From: Archaeoglobaceae archaeon
Lineage (GTDB): Archaea > Halobacteriota > Archaeoglobi > Archaeoglobales > Archaeoglobaceae
DNA length: 64,000 nt
NCBI GenBank assembly: GCA_015523335.1
Contig: WAKM01000012.1
Coordinates: 1,714-65,713 of the forward strand
Direction: 5' to 3'
This document shows positions 38,229-49,292 of this stretch, piece after piece. The notes under the pieces were generated by a model that was not told the DNA's origin, did not search any database, and was given only the letters and a program-made list of their open reading frames with translations. Within the stretch, counting starts at the first letter, position 1. Each line of letters starts with the position of its first letter. A program made the translations under genes and the position numbers.

Positions 38229-39137
38229 TTCCCTCCTGAGCTCTCCCATCGTCGCTATCCTTTCCGCAACGACGTTGTGCTGGTGAATGCTCTCCTCGTT
38301 CTCCTGCCTGAAAAGAACCAGTATGTCATCTGGCGCATCGGGAAATTCCTCGACAACGAACCCAGCCATAAGTCTGACGCAGTCTTCCACGAACCTCGGA
38401 TTTTTATGGGCTTTCCAGACGACTTCAAGCTCGTCCTCCCTCTTTAGAACTTCGTAAATCTCGTAGCTCATCGACCTCTTCGCGATTTCAATCAGCTTAT
38501 CGATGGGCGGAGAGAAATCGTCGGTCACCTGCATCTTTATCGTTGCCCTTCCCCTCTGATTGTGCGTCGCAACCGGAATCGCTTCGAGTATATTCCTAAT
38601 ATCATCCTCGCCGAAGCCCAATTCTCTAAGCTTTTCGGCAGATTTGGCTTTAACGAGTTCCTGAGCGCACGGACATGCTGTAATTCCAACTATTTCAGCA
38701 CCTACGAACACGTTCTTCTTGCCGTCTCTCCATACCATAGCCTCGCTCAAAATCTTGGCAACTTCCTGCGTTTTTTGAGCCGTGACAGGAGTTTTTTTCT
38801 TTAATATTAGCTCCGATCTCATCTTTACTTCGGATTTCGTTGCATACTCGTGTTTATCGAGTAACATCTCAGCGATCTTCAAGCAGAGATCTTCGAGCCT
38901 CTTTACGGGCTTTGCAGTGAGGTTCTCCAGAACGTCATCTATGACTTCGAAGTTCCTGCTCAAGTTCGCACCCTTCATGCTTGGTGGAAGATCCACGAAA
39001 ACGTCAAAGCTCGATATGAGAATTATAGGTCTCCTATCACCTCTATCCACCTTAACGAGCTTCTTAATACCTACCGCTCCAACTCTGTTCAGCTTGATAG
39101 GTATCTCGGGCTTCAGAAATTGAACGTCGGGAAGCAC
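38217..39137 (-). CDS. mptA: GTP cyclohydrolase MptA (FolE2/GCYH-IB family)
   Basis: LPDVQ, KGANLSR, TACPCA, THNQRG, LKREDE, PRFVED, ESIHQH. Confidence 0.93.
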   Translation of the reverse strand: MLPDVQFLKPEIPIKLNRVGAVGIKKLVKVDRGDRRPIILISSFDVFVDLPPSMKGANLSRNFEVIDDVLENLTAKPVKRLEDLCLKIAEMLLDKHEYATKSEVKMRSELILKKKTPVTAQKTQEVAKILSEAMVWRDGKKNVFVGAEIVGITACPCAQELVKAKSAEKLRELGFGEDDIRNILEAIPVATHNQRGRATIKMQVTDDFSPPIDKLIEIAKRSMSYEIYEVLKREDELEVVWKAHKNPRFVEDCVRLMAGFVVEEFPDAPDDILVLFRQENEESIHQHNVVAERIATMGELRRELSY

Positions 39138-39168
39138 GTGCCTAAGTAGATTTTAAAGTATTAAAAAT

Positions 39169-40812
39169 TTAGGTTAGAACCGCCCCCTCGTCAGCCTGAC
39201 CGACCAACTTCGCATACTTGGCTAAAAAGCCGGTAAGCTTTCGTTCCTTTGGCTTCCACCTCTCTCTTCTTCTCGCGAGCTCATCCGCATCAACCTTCAG
39301 TTCGAGCTTTCTGGCTGGGATGTCAATTGAGATCAAATCTCCGTCTTCCACGAGCGCGATCGTTCCGCCCACCATAGCTTCGGGCGAAACGTGACCAATG
39401 CAAGGACCTCTCGTAGCACCGCTGAATCTGCCGTCGGTGATGAGAGCTACCCTTCGCAATCCCATGCCGGCTATGGCGGCTGTAGGCAACAGCATCTCTG
39501 GCATACCCGGTGCGCCTTTGGGGCCCATGTATCTTATTACAACCACATCCCCCTCCTCTATCTCTCCGTTCAAAATCGATTTCAAAGCTTCTTGCTCGGA
39601 ATCGAAGACCTTAGCCGTTCCTTCGAACTTGAGCATGTCCTCGCTTATCGCGGCGGTCTTAACTACCGCCCCTCTTTCAGCGAGGTTGCCCCTCAATATT
39701 GCTATGCCCCCCTCTTTGCGAATCGGATTCGAGATGTCCCTTATTATGTCCCTCCCCCTGACGAAAGCCGAATCCGCTATCTCGTAGATTCTCTTTCCGC
39801 TTACCGTCATCTCGTTGCTGAACAGCTCCTTAGCTTTCTTTATAAGCATAGGAACTCCACCGCTTTCGTCCAAATCCGCTATCGTAAATTCCGATGCGGG
39901 ATCTATCGCAACGATGTGCGGTGTCTTTCTGCTGATTTCATCGAAGAGATCCAGGCTCAACTTTATTCCTGCCTCTCTCGCTACAGCCGGCAGATGGAGA
40001 ACGGTGTTCGTTGAACCGCCTATCAGCATGTCCATGGTTATGGCGTTTTTGAACGATTCTTCCGTTACGAAATCTAAAGGCTTGATATCCTGCTTGACGA
40101 GTTCAACTATCCTCTTCCCGCTTTCCTTGGCAATTCTAAGCTTTCTCGATGACGCGCACGGAGAAGTTGAACAATAGGGAAGGCACAAGCCCAAGGCTTC
40201 GGTCAGTATCTGCATAGTATTTGCCGTGTAAAGCCCCTGACAACTCCCGCAGTAGGGAGCGCAGAAGTCCTCATATAGCTTCAGCGTTTTGTTGTCTATC
40301 TTTCCGGATTTGTAAAGTCCGGCGGCTTCGAATGCTGTCTTTATGGTCACGGTTTTATCCCCCACTTTTTCAGCCAGCATGGCTCCACCGCAGACGACTA
40401 TGGCCGGAATGTTCAGCCTTAGAACGGCCATGAGCATTCCCGGAACTATCTTGTCGCACGCTCCAACCACTACAAGCCCATCGAACTGATGAGCCTGAAC
40501 CATCGCCTCAATGCAGTCAGCTATCAGCTCTCTCGTCGGCAACGAGAACTTCATGCCTTCGTGCCCCATCGCAATTCCGTCGCAAACGCCGATGACGCCG
40601 AATTCAAATGGAACTCCTCCAGCCGCGTAAACTCCTTCCTTCACAGCCTGAGTGATCTTATCGAGGTGCATGTGCCCCGGAACTATGGTGTTGTAGGCGT
40701 TCGCTATCCCTATGAACGGCTTATCCATTTCTTCATCGCAAACACCCAAAGCTTTTAAAAGAGCCCTATGAGCTGTCCTCTCTACGCCCTTCTTAACTAT
40801 ATCGCTACGCAT
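39169..40812 (-). CDS. ilvD: Dihydroxy-acid dehydratase
   Basis: [41 protein letters not shown]. Confidence 0.97.
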   Translation of the reverse strand: MRSDIVKKGVERTAHRALLKALGVCDEEMDKPFIGIANAYNTIVPGHMHLDKITQAVKEGVYAAGGVPFEFGVIGVCDGIAMGHEGMKFSLPTRELIADCIEAMVQAHQFDGLVVVGACDKIVPGMLMAVLRLNIPAIVVCGGAMLAEKVGDKTVTIKTAFEAAGLYKSGKIDNKTLKLYEDFCAPYCGSCQGLYTANTMQILTEALGLCLPYCSTSPCASSRKLRIAKESGKRIVELVKQDIKPLDFVTEESFKNAITMDMLIGGSTNTVLHLPAVAREAGIKLSLDLFDEISRKTPHIVAIDPASEFTIADLDESGGVPMLIKKAKELFSNEMTVSGKRIYEIADSAFVRGRDIIRDISNPIRKEGGIAILRGNLAERGAVVKTAAISEDMLKFEGTAKVFDSEQEALKSILNGEIEEGDVVVIRYMGPKGAPGMPEMLLPTAAIAGMGLRRVALITDGRFSGATRGPCIGHVSPEAMVGGTIALVEDGDLISIDIPARKLELKVDADELARRRERWKPKERKLTGFLAKYAKLVGQADEGAVLT

Positions 40813-40822
40813 GGTATAAGTT

Positions 40823-41410
40823 CTACCTCAGTCTTAATAGCTTTCCCATTAGACTCAATCCCGTAAGGACTACGAGTGGAACAACAACGGATACTGCCGC
40901 TTTTGTCGTGTCGAGTTTCCTCCAATTCTTAACTGCAAACGTAAGTATTAGGAACTGCCAGATGGTCGAAGCTACGCCGATTATCATGAGTGACGGGTTC
41001 ATGAATTCGTGCGTCATGCGAACTATCGAAAAATTAACCGGAAACAGAACTATACTCGGAACGTAGCCGAAAGCCGTGAGCTTTAATGTTTTGGAGAAAT
41101 CCCCTTCCCCACCCAATACTGATGAGACGATGTGGATTAGCCCGGATATTATCAACCACCCCACGAAGGCGCCGATGAAGGGTGTGATTATGAAGTAATA
41201 TTTCATCATTTCAAAAACCAGCCTCGCCTTCTCAATGGAAATCGTCTGCTGGAGATGTCTGATCATCTCGCTTTCGATTATGTCCAAGTTTGCGTATACA
41301 ATCAATACTCCGAGAACGGCGGAAGTAAAAACGATTAGAAGTGCTGTAAGAAAGTTTACGTCCTCGTGCTTCCTAAAAAATTCGTCCGGATTCGTCAGTA
41401 TTTCCAGCAT
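40823..41410 (-). CDS. Yip1-family membrane protein
   Basis: [25 protein letters not shown], five TM segments. Confidence 0.85.
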   Translation of the reverse strand: MLEILTNPDEFFRKHEDVNFLTALLIVFTSAVLGVLIVYANLDIIESEMIRHLQQTISIEKARLVFEMMKYYFIITPFIGAFVGWLIISGLIHIVSSVLGGEGDFSKTLKLTAFGYVPSIVLFPVNFSIVRMTHEFMNPSLMIIGVASTIWQFLILTFAVKNWRKLDTTKAAVSVVVPLVVLTGLSLMGKLLRLR

Positions 41411-41524
41411 GAGAGAACATAGTTACGTGAGAACTATTTAAGTCTTCCATCGTGTGAGCTAATTTGATTAGTAAGGTATATATAGTGGACGTTATAATTA
41501 TATTTTTTTAAGAGGTGATGGAAT

Positions 41525-42388
41525 ATGATCAGTAAGGTTCTGTTCCCGGTCGATTTTTCGATGGTATCGGAGTATGCATTCAGTAACTGTATTCCGAGGT
41601 TCTTCAGCACCGGAGTGGCTGAGGAGCTCATCCTAATTCACGTGCTGGATGTTCAGCCCACCGGAGATGTGTTCGTAGACTACGATAAGATGCAGATGAA
41701 AGCCAAGGAGAAGCTGGATAAGGTAGCAAAGGAGTTCAGAGACATGGGAATAAACGTGGCGAAGACCGTCGTTAGGATGGGTCATCCGGCTCTTGAGATC
41801 GCGAAAGTTGCGGAGGAGGAGAACGTCGACATCATATACATGCCCTCGAAAGGTGAGCACATAGTTAGAGACATGCTCATCGGACATACAGCCGCAAACG
41901 TTGCGAGAGTTGCAACTAAGCCCGTTTTGCTCGTAAAATACGAGTGGGATAAGGCGAGGCATACGGTCAAGTGCATCTGGGATGCGAGGAGGGTTTTCGA
42001 CAAGCCCCTCATAGCTCTGGACTTCTCGCCCTGCAGTGACAGCATAGTGGAAACTGTCAAAGAGCTGTTCGAAGATTACGTCAAAAAAGCTACGCTCATG
42101 CATGTGATAGACTACGGAAAGCCGGATAAAACCAAAGAACTGTCGGAAGAGGCTCTAAAGAAGCTTGAAGAGTTCGCTAAGAAGTTCAAGTTCGAGAGCG
42201 ATCTTGAAGTGAGTGCGGGAGTTGCTTCGAACGCGATAATCAACGAAGCTGTGATCAAGGGTTCGACTTTGATAGTGGTCGGTAAGAGAGGCAGGAGCGT
42301 TCTGAAGGATCTCCTGCTCGGTAGCACGGCAGATGGTGTCATAAGAAGGTCTATGCTTCCGGTATTGCTCGTTCCATGTAAATATTAA
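41525..42388 (+). CDS. Universal stress protein, tandem Usp domains
   Basis: LFPVDFS, GHPALEI, LIGHTA; second domain GKRGRS..LLGSTADGV..PVLLV. Confidence 0.93.
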   Translation: MISKVLFPVDFSMVSEYAFSNCIPRFFSTGVAEELILIHVLDVQPTGDVFVDYDKMQMKAKEKLDKVAKEFRDMGINVAKTVVRMGHPALEIAKVAEEENVDIIYMPSKGEHIVRDMLIGHTAANVARVATKPVLLVKYEWDKARHTVKCIWDARRVFDKPLIALDFSPCSDSIVETVKELFEDYVKKATLMHVIDYGKPDKTKELSEEALKKLEEFAKKFKFESDLEVSAGVASNAIINEAVIKGSTLIVVGKRGRSVLKDLLLGSTADGVIRRSMLPVLLVPCKY

Positions 42389-42456
42389 TATTTTTATTAT
42401 TTTTAGCAAATAAATTTATAAAAACAGATTTTAATCGAGTCCTATTTTTTCGCTCA

Positions 42457-43584
42457 ATGCGGTTTTACGCTACTCTGTCTCCGGGACTCGAAGAGATCGC
42501 CGCGAGGGAAATAGAGAGCTTCGGCGGAAAGATAGTTGAGATAAGAAAGGGAAAGGGTAGGGTGTTCTTCGAAGGAGATCTGAAGCTTATGGCTAAGCTG
42601 AACTACATGGCGAGAACTTTGGAAAGAATAATGATCCTCTTAGCGGTTGAAAAGTTCGCGACGCTGGATGATATATATAGAATCGTCAAGAGTCTGGATT
42701 TCGGTTGGATCAAGCCCGATCAGAGCTTCGCTGTAAGACCGCTTAGGGCCGGAGAGCACGACTTCACATCTTTAGATGTGGGAAGGGTTGCGGGGCAGGC
42801 TATTATAGACAGCTACATGGAATCCAAGGGAGTTAGGCTTAAGGTAAACTTGGACGAGCCTGACGTAATAATTAGGGTGGATGTTATCTTCGATGAAGTT
42901 TACGTTGGAATAGACACGACTGGAGACGAATCGCTACACAGAAGGGGATACAGGATATACGATCATCCCGCTCCCTTAAATCCTACGATCGCCTCAAGCC
43001 TTATAATGCTTTCCAACTGGAATCCCGAAAGGTCTCTGCTCGATCCGATGTGCGGGAGCGGAACGATTCTAATAGAAGCGGCTATGATGGGAAGAAACAT
43101 CCCGCCCCAGAAGTTCAGGAGGGAGAAGTTTCTGTTTACCAACATATACGGCGAGGAGTTGCTTGAAGAGGTCAAAAAGGAAGCCGTGAAGAACGAGAAG
43201 AGATATCTCAGGATGACGCTCGTCGGAATAGAAAGGTTTAGAAAGCACATAAGAGGCGGAATCGTCAACGCCAAAACCGCTGAGGTTTACGATACCGTTC
43301 ACTTCATCCAGGCCGACGCTACCGAATTGTGCTTGAAAGAGATCGACATAGCGATTACGAACCCACCTTACGGCTTAAGAATAGCTAAGAAGGGGTTGAT
43401 CGAGAATCTATACGACGGATTTTTGAGATCGGCTAAGGATGTCGTTGCCGATAAGATCGTGATCATCACGGCCGAAGACAAGATTCTGAGAGATAAGGCT
43501 TTAAGGAACGACTACAAGATCGATCGGGAAATCTGGGTTAAATACGGAGGTTTAGACACGAAAGTTTTCGTTCTCAAGCCTTGA
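42457..43584 (+). CDS. trm14: tRNA (guanine-6-N2)-methyltransferase, THUMP + MTase
   Basis: GLEEIA, LHRRGYR, DPMCGSGTI, TNPPYG. Confidence 0.88.
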   Translation: MRFYATLSPGLEEIAAREIESFGGKIVEIRKGKGRVFFEGDLKLMAKLNYMARTLERIMILLAVEKFATLDDIYRIVKSLDFGWIKPDQSFAVRPLRAGEHDFTSLDVGRVAGQAIIDSYMESKGVRLKVNLDEPDVIIRVDVIFDEVYVGIDTTGDESLHRRGYRIYDHPAPLNPTIASSLIMLSNWNPERSLLDPMCGSGTILIEAAMMGRNIPPQKFRREKFLFTNIYGEELLEEVKKEAVKNEKRYLRMTLVGIERFRKHIRGGIVNAKTAEVYDTVHFIQADATELCLKEIDIAITNPPYGLRIAKKGLIENLYDGFLRSAKDVVADKIVIITAEDKILRDKALRNDYKIDREIWVKYGGLDTKVFVLKP

Positions 43585-44479
43585 AGGATTCGAGCAAACT
43601 CAAAACTTCCTTGTTCTTGCTCACGTAATTCTTTATCAAGTCTGACGTCATGTAATCGACCAAACGCAAAAGCTTCGATTTGCTCTCGCAATCTTCAAAA
43701 TAGTCCAAGGCTTCCTTACTCTTTTTCGCGTAACTCCTTATCAATTCGAGAACCTTAACAACAGCTTCTTCAAAACCGTATTTTTCGGCATATATCATAG
43801 GCAAAGTGAGAGATTCGAATTCGGAGCTCTTATCCTCATACATATCCAAAAATTCGAGTAGATCGTCGACGAGCTGATAAGCCAAGCCCAAATTGTTTCC
43901 GTATTCGAATAACCTTTCAGCTGCTACTTTATCATCACAAACGACCATACAAGCGTTCTTGGCGCTGTAGGCAAACAAGGCTGCGGTCTTAGTTGAAATG
44001 CATTTGAAGTAATCCTCCTCGCTAAACGGCTCCCTTATGCTGTAAACATCCAGCACCTCTCCTTCAGACATCTTCATCCCGACTTCCGCGAATCCCTTAA
44101 CTATCTCTTCATCGTAAACCGAAACCAGTTCAACCGACTTCGAAATCAGCCAGTCTCCGACCAAAATGGCAAGAGAAACGTCATACTCAACGTGCAATGC
44201 CTTGACGTTTCTCCTCATTACCCCCCTATCTATTACGTCATCGTGGGCTAAGCTTGCGGTGTGGATTAGCTCGACTGCTAAAGCCATGTTCATAACTTCT
44301 TCATAAGTCCCCCCGCAAAGCTTACCGCTTAAAAGAACGATAATCGGACGAGTCCTCTTTCCTCCGGCTTTTATTATGTGTTTCAGCGCCTTTTTGATCT
44401 TTGGAATCGTATTTACACTTTCCACGAGGTTGTTGAGCTTTTCGTTTATAATTCTGTATTCTTCCCAGCTTTCGATCAT
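43574..44479 (-). CDS. trans-polyprenyl diphosphate synthase, probably medium/long chain
   Basis: GGKRTRP, HTASLAHDDVID..RR, KTA, YQLVDDLLE. Confidence 0.88.
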   Translation of the reverse strand: MIESWEEYRIINEKLNNLVESVNTIPKIKKALKHIIKAGGKRTRPIIVLLSGKLCGGTYEEVMNMALAVELIHTASLAHDDVIDRGVMRRNVKALHVEYDVSLAILVGDWLISKSVELVSVYDEEIVKGFAEVGMKMSEGEVLDVYSIREPFSEEDYFKCISTKTAALFAYSAKNACMVVCDDKVAAERLFEYGNNLGLAYQLVDDLLEFLDMYEDKSSEFESLTLPMIYAEKYGFEEAVVKVLELIRSYAKKSKEALDYFEDCESKSKLLRLVDYMTSDLIKNYVSKNKEVLSLLESFKA

Positions 44480-44588
44480 CGTTTCACTTCCTTTTTTTGA
44501 GGTTGTTCTTGATATTCTGATTTAAAAATATTGATGTTTTGCAAAAGCCTTTTAAATTTGATTGATTTAATAACTTGGGGTGGTTTTA

Positions 44589-46868
44589 ATGGGCGTCCTT
44601 TGGCTTGATGAGGTCGATAAAGACGATGTTCCTATTGTCGGTGGCAAAGCCGCGAATTTGGGTGAGCTTATAAGGGTCGGAATTCCAGTTCCCGAAGGCT
44701 TCGTTGTCGATGGCAAAACTTTCATGGATTTTCTTGAGAGTTCAGGGCTTAAGGAGAAGATAATCGAGATCCTCAACAGCATAAACGTCGAAGATACGAA
44801 GCAACTTGAGGAGGCTTCAAAAAAAATTAGGGAAATGATAGAGTCAACTCCGATGCCGAAGGAAGTTGAGGAGGAAATTAAACAGGCTTACAGAAAGCTC
44901 TGCGAGGAATCCGGGGAGGAGGTATTCGTTGCGGTAAGAAGCTCCGCAACTGCTGAAGATCTGCCCGGAGCGAGCTTTGCTGGGCAGCAGGAGACATATC
45001 TCAACGTTAGGGGAGAAGACGAAGTCGTTGAGAAAGTTAGGAAGTGCTGGAGTTCGCTTTATACTCCAAGAGCGATCTACTACAGAGTTCAGAAGGGATT
45101 CAGGCACGAAGACGTCAGCATAGCTGTTGTCGTGCAGAAGATGGTAAACTCGGAGAAGTCCGGTGTCATGTTCACGTCCCATCCGGTTACGGGCGATAAG
45201 ATCGCGATAATCGAAGCCGTTTGGGGGCTTGGTGAGGCGATAGTCAGCGGAATGGTCACTCCGGATCACTACGAATACGACAGAGTTCAGAGAAAGATCG
45301 TGGTAGTCAAGATCGCGGAGAAGAAGGTAATGCTTACGAGGGGTGAAGACGGTAAGACCGTTAAGGTCGAGTTAGATGAAGAAAAAGCCAAAGCCAGAGT
45401 TCTGAGCGATAGTGAGATAGAGGAGCTCGTGAAGCTGGGAGAGATCATTGAAGATCACTACGGAACTCCGCAAGATGTTGAGTGGGCTATCGAAAAGGGG
45501 AAGATCTACATAGTTCAATCGAGACCGATCACAACGATTAGAGAGGAGAAGAGGGAAGAGGAGGTCGAGCTTGAAGAAGGCAAGATTCTGCTTAAGGGAT
45601 TGGGAGCTTCACCGGGTATCGGAATAGGGAAGGTTAAGATCGTTTTGAGCCAAGACGAAATATCGAAGGTTGAGGAAGGCGACGTGCTCGTTACCACTAT
45701 GACGACTCCCGACATGGTTCCAGCGATGAGAAAAGCTTCTGCCATCGTTACCGATGAAGGCGGATTAACGTGTCACGCTGCGATAGTTTCGAGAGAACTC
45801 GGAGTGCCAGCTGTTGTTGGAACTGAGAAGGCTACAAAGATCCTAAAGGACGGAATGGTTGTAACGGTAGATGGAGATAAAGGTGTAGTTTACGCCGGAG
45901 CCATCAAGGAGAAGAAGAAGGAAGAAAAGCCAGCTGTTGTCGCTCAGGCACCGATCGTTACCGCTACTGAGGTTAAGGTGAACATATCAATTCCGGATGC
46001 CGCCGAGAGGGTTGCCGCAACCGGTGCTGACGGAGTAGGACTGTTCAGAATCGAGCACATGGTTTTAGGCTTGAAGAAGCATCCGATGAAATACATTAGG
46101 GACGGGGAAGTTGAGGAATACATAAACGAACTTTACAAGGGAATGAAGAAGGTAGTCAAGGCGTTCTATCCGAAGCCCGTCTGGATCAGAACGTTAGATG
46201 CTCCAACGGATGAGTTCAGAGCCATGGAGGGCGGTGAAGACGAGCCGATCGAAGCAAATCCGATGCTCGGATTCAGAGGAATAAGGAGGGATCTGAAGGA
46301 GGAGGAACACTTCAGAGCGGAGATCAGAGCTATAAAGAAGCTCGTCGATGAGGGATACACGAACATAGGCATAATGCTACCGCTCGTAACCTCGCCGGAG
46401 GAGGTTAGAAGAGCTAAACAGATAATAATGGAAGAGGGTCTGCCGTTGGATAAGATAGAATTCGGTATAATGGTTGAAACGCCGGCTGCGGCTCTGATAA
46501 TTGAAGACATAATAAAGGAGGGGATAGACTTCATAAGCTTGGGAACGAACGATCTAACCCAATACACGCTCGCAGTTGACAGAAATAACGAGAACGTAGC
46601 GTATCTCTACAACGAGACCCATCCCGCTGTGATGAAGCTGATAGAAAGGACGATAAAGATCTGCAAGAAGCACGGCGTGAAGACATCGATATGCGGACAG
46701 GCTGGAAGTTATCCGCACGTCGTTGAGAAGTTGGTTAGGATGGGAATCGACAGCGTTTCGGCTAATCCGGATGCCGTTCAGAGGATCAAAGAGGTAGTTG
46801 CAAGGGTTGAGAAGAAGATAATGCTCGACAAGTTAAGAGAGAAGGAGCTCGAAAATATTCCGGACTAA
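44589..46868 (+). CDS. ppsA: Phosphoenolpyruvate synthase
   Basis: GGKAANLGEL, VRSSATAED, SFAGQQET, GGLTCHAAIVSRE, GTNDLTQ. Confidence 0.97.
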   Translation: MGVLWLDEVDKDDVPIVGGKAANLGELIRVGIPVPEGFVVDGKTFMDFLESSGLKEKIIEILNSINVEDTKQLEEASKKIREMIESTPMPKEVEEEIKQAYRKLCEESGEEVFVAVRSSATAEDLPGASFAGQQETYLNVRGEDEVVEKVRKCWSSLYTPRAIYYRVQKGFRHEDVSIAVVVQKMVNSEKSGVMFTSHPVTGDKIAIIEAVWGLGEAIVSGMVTPDHYEYDRVQRKIVVVKIAEKKVMLTRGEDGKTVKVELDEEKAKARVLSDSEIEELVKLGEIIEDHYGTPQDVEWAIEKGKIYIVQSRPITTIREEKREEEVELEEGKILLKGLGASPGIGIGKVKIVLSQDEISKVEEGDVLVTTMTTPDMVPAMRKASAIVTDEGGLTCHAAIVSRELGVPAVVGTEKATKILKDGMVVTVDGDKGVVYAGAIKEKKKEEKPAVVAQAPIVTATEVKVNISIPDAAERVAATGADGVGLFRIEHMVLGLKKHPMKYIRDGEVEEYINELYKGMKKVVKAFYPKPVWIRTLDAPTDEFRAMEGGEDEPIEANPMLGFRGIRRDLKEEEHFRAEIRAIKKLVDEGYTNIGIMLPLVTSPEEVRRAKQIIMEEGLPLDKIEFGIMVETPAAALIIEDIIKEGIDFISLGTNDLTQYTLAVDRNNENVAYLYNETHPAVMKLIERTIKICKKHGVKTSICGQAGSYPHVVEKLVRMGIDSVSANPDAVQRIKEVVARVEKKIMLDKLREKELENIPD

Positions 46869-47917
46869 ATCAGCCAACGCTTGACTTTTACCTCTTTTTT
46901 TAGCAGTTTAAGTATCAGAACTCTGAAGAAGGATGTTATGCAGACCATAGTCCAAAGGGGAGAGTAAACGAAGTAGTATAGGGGCAGTAATTTGCAATCT
47001 ATTTCGTATCTGAATTTCTTCGCAAGAAACATCATTGTTGCAGACCATACGATGAAGGAAAGCATTATTACGAGTAAATTCTTGAGGGTGTGGATCTCGA
47101 AGAGCATGAGCATAGCCAAAGACAGCAACTTGGGAGACAGGAACACCATTAGAGGGATCAGAAGGTAGAGCAACTTTGAAATTAGGCTGTCCGGCAACAG
47201 TAAGCTAAACAGAAAGCCGATGATAGCCGGATAGAACACGAAGATGTAGGGGATCCACAATCTCGGTCTCTTTACGATTCTCCAAAAGTTCTCTATTATA
47301 ACCTCAGCCCCTCCCAAGCTCCAGCGTTCTCGCTGAACGAACCAATCCTTAAGGTTTGAAGGAACCTTCGTTATGGCTTTCCCGTCCACGCAAACCCTGA
47401 ACCCTCTCAAACCCAAACGGACACCCAGATCCGTGTCCTCATTAATTCGCCTTCTGAATCCGCCGACGCTTTGCAGAACGGATCTTTTGATCATGAAAGC
47501 GGAACCGTTTATGCTCAGGCAGGAGTTAAACTTCTCGGCGAGCTTTGCTGTTAGAAACATGACGAAGTAGTCTATGTTTATCAGCTTTTCAAGAATAGAG
47601 CTTGCAGAAACCTCCTTTCGAATTTCAATCGCATCCTTTCCGTTGAGATCGCAGAGGTTGACTATCTTAGTATCAGAATCCAAAAACAGGATTTGCTCAC
47701 CGCTCGCAAGCTTTAAGGCGTCATTCAAAGCCTTCCACTTACCCCTTCTTTTTTTGCTAATCGTGGCTTTGACCGGATATCTCCTCAAAATTCTGAGAAC
47801 TTTCTCGTTGGGATCATCCGCGGCAATTATTACCTCGTATCCCAACTTCAACAGATCTTTGACGTTCTCTTCGATTAAACCTTCGTCTCTGTAACTTACT
47901 ATTATCGCGGATTTCAT
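46865..47917 (-). CDS. GT2 glycosyltransferase, processive type, multi-TM C-terminus
   Basis: GKWKALN, LDSD, NGS, EDTDL, QRERW. Confidence 0.88.
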   Translation of the reverse strand: MKSAIIVSYRDEGLIEENVKDLLKLGYEVIIAADDPNEKVLRILRRYPVKATISKKRRGKWKALNDALKLASGEQILFLDSDTKIVNLCDLNGKDAIEIRKEVSASSILEKLINIDYFVMFLTAKLAEKFNSCLSINGSAFMIKRSVLQSVGGFRRRINEDTDLGVRLGLRGFRVCVDGKAITKVPSNLKDWFVQRERWSLGGAEVIIENFWRIVKRPRLWIPYIFVFYPAIIGFLFSLLLPDSLISKLLYLLIPLMVFLSPKLLSLAMLMLFEIHTLKNLLVIMLSFIVWSATMMFLAKKFRYEIDCKLLPLYYFVYSPLWTMVCITSFFRVLILKLLKKEVKVKRWLI

Positions 47918-47919
47918 AA

Positions 47920-48426
47920 TTATTTTGTTATTTCTATAATGAATTCGTTAATTTCTTTTTCGGTCATGTTGTGCGGGATTATGTAGATCATGTAGCTGTC
48001 ATTGCACCAGAAGTAGTGAGTCACGTTTTTACCCGGTGGCGTGACGTAGTAAACATTCAAGCCATCGACTCTTTTGACTTTAACGTCCTTCCATCCGTAT
48101 TCCACCATAGCTTTTGCCATTCTATCGGTTTCTTCCTTGGCAACGCTCGAATTTGGATAAACCGTAACCCAGACGGTAACGTATTCGGAATGAGGATTCG
48201 TGAGATTTAAGTAGTGCATCATGGCGATATCCTTTACGAATCTAATTTTACCTATGTGCATCATCTTCACGAGTTTTAGAGCGTCCTCACCTGTTAAACA
48301 GACGACTTTCGTCAGACCCATCACGCTGTTTGGGGTAATTTCGGTGGCGTTCAGCTTAACTTCAGCCTTCTGTTGCGCGCATCCGAGCAAAATTAAGGCT
48401 AACAGAATAACCACCAATTTTTTCAT
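47920..48426 (-). CDS. Putative lipoprotein
   Basis: MKKLVVILLALILLGC lipobox-like signal; 2 nt from the GT2 start. Confidence 0.78.
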   Translation of the reverse strand: MKKLVVILLALILLGCAQQKAEVKLNATEITPNSVMGLTKVVCLTGEDALKLVKMMHIGKIRFVKDIAMMHYLNLTNPHSEYVTVWVTVYPNSSVAKEETDRMAKAMVEYGWKDVKVKRVDGLNVYYVTPPGKNVTHYFWCNDSYMIYIIPHNMTEKEINEFIIEITK

Positions 48427-48553
48427 ACCTCACGAATTCAAACATGATCCTAATAACACTTTTGAATTTGGTATTGGTAAACCCAATTTTAGTTTATTCG
48501 ATCACGTCGAACAGAAGGATAACTTCTTAAGCAAAGATGGCAGTCGTGCTGAT

Positions 48554-49291
48554 ATGAAGAAGTTAGTCGTCATGAGCGGAAAGGGTGGAGTCGGTAAGAG
48601 CACCGTAGCCGCTAACATCGCGTTTGCCCTTACGATGAAGGGTTATAGGGTCGGACTTCTCGATAGCGATCTGCACGGTCCGAGCATTCCCAAGATACTC
48701 GGTTTGGAGGATTTAAAGGGTTTGGAGGTCGTTGATGGTAAACTCAAACCGGCTGAAGTTAACGGGCTGAAAGTCGTATCAATTCAGTTTCTTCTACCTT
48801 CAAAGGATTCTCCGGTCGTTTGGAGAGGGCCTATGAAGCACAAGTTCTTGGAGCAGATATTCAACGACGTGAACTGGGGAGAACTCGACTTCTTAGTAAT
48901 AGACTGCCCGCCGGGAACCGGAGACGAGATAATAAGCATATTTCAGCTTGCCAAACCGGATGCGGCTGTGATAGTAACCACACCGCAGAGCGTTGCGCTT
49001 GAAGACGTTAAGAAAGCAATAAACTTCGCGAAGAAGGGCGTTCAGAAGATATTCTTAATAGAGAACATGAGCGGTCTCATATGTCCCCACTGCGGAAAAA
49101 GAATAGACGTATTCGGTGTCGGCGGTGGAAAGAAGCTCGCTGAGGAAACCGGGATCAAGTTCTTGGGTTCAGTTCCGCTCGATCCTGAGATAATGAAGAG
49201 TTGCGAAGAGGGACAGCCTTTCGTCAAACTTAATATGAATTCCGCTAAGGTGTTCAAGGAGATAGTCGACAAGCTGGTTCAGGAGGTTTGA
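48554..49291 (+). CDS. Mrp/NBP35 (ApbC) Fe-S carrier ATPase
   Basis: SGKGGVGKST, DLHGPS, WRGP, DCPPGTGD, ENMS..CPHC. True start ATG 48554. Confidence 0.93.
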   Translation: MKKLVVMSGKGGVGKSTVAANIAFALTMKGYRVGLLDSDLHGPSIPKILGLEDLKGLEVVDGKLKPAEVNGLKVVSIQFLLPSKDSPVVWRGPMKHKFLEQIFNDVNWGELDFLVIDCPPGTGDEIISIFQLAKPDAAVIVTTPQSVALEDVKKAINFAKKGVQKIFLIENMSGLICPHCGKRIDVFGVGGGKKLAEETGIKFLGSVPLDPEIMKSCEEGQPFVKLNMNSAKVFKEIVDKLVQEV

Positions 49292-49292
49292 T

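Noticed and set aside
39391..40758. Long antisense ORFs over ilvD (similar ones over lysC, ppsA, leuC and tuf)
   Set aside because: Shadow frames of conserved genes with no motifs or SD support.
48221..48553. N-terminal extension of the Mrp ORF
   Set aside because: Antisense shadow of the lipoprotein gene; the P-loop domain starts at 48554.
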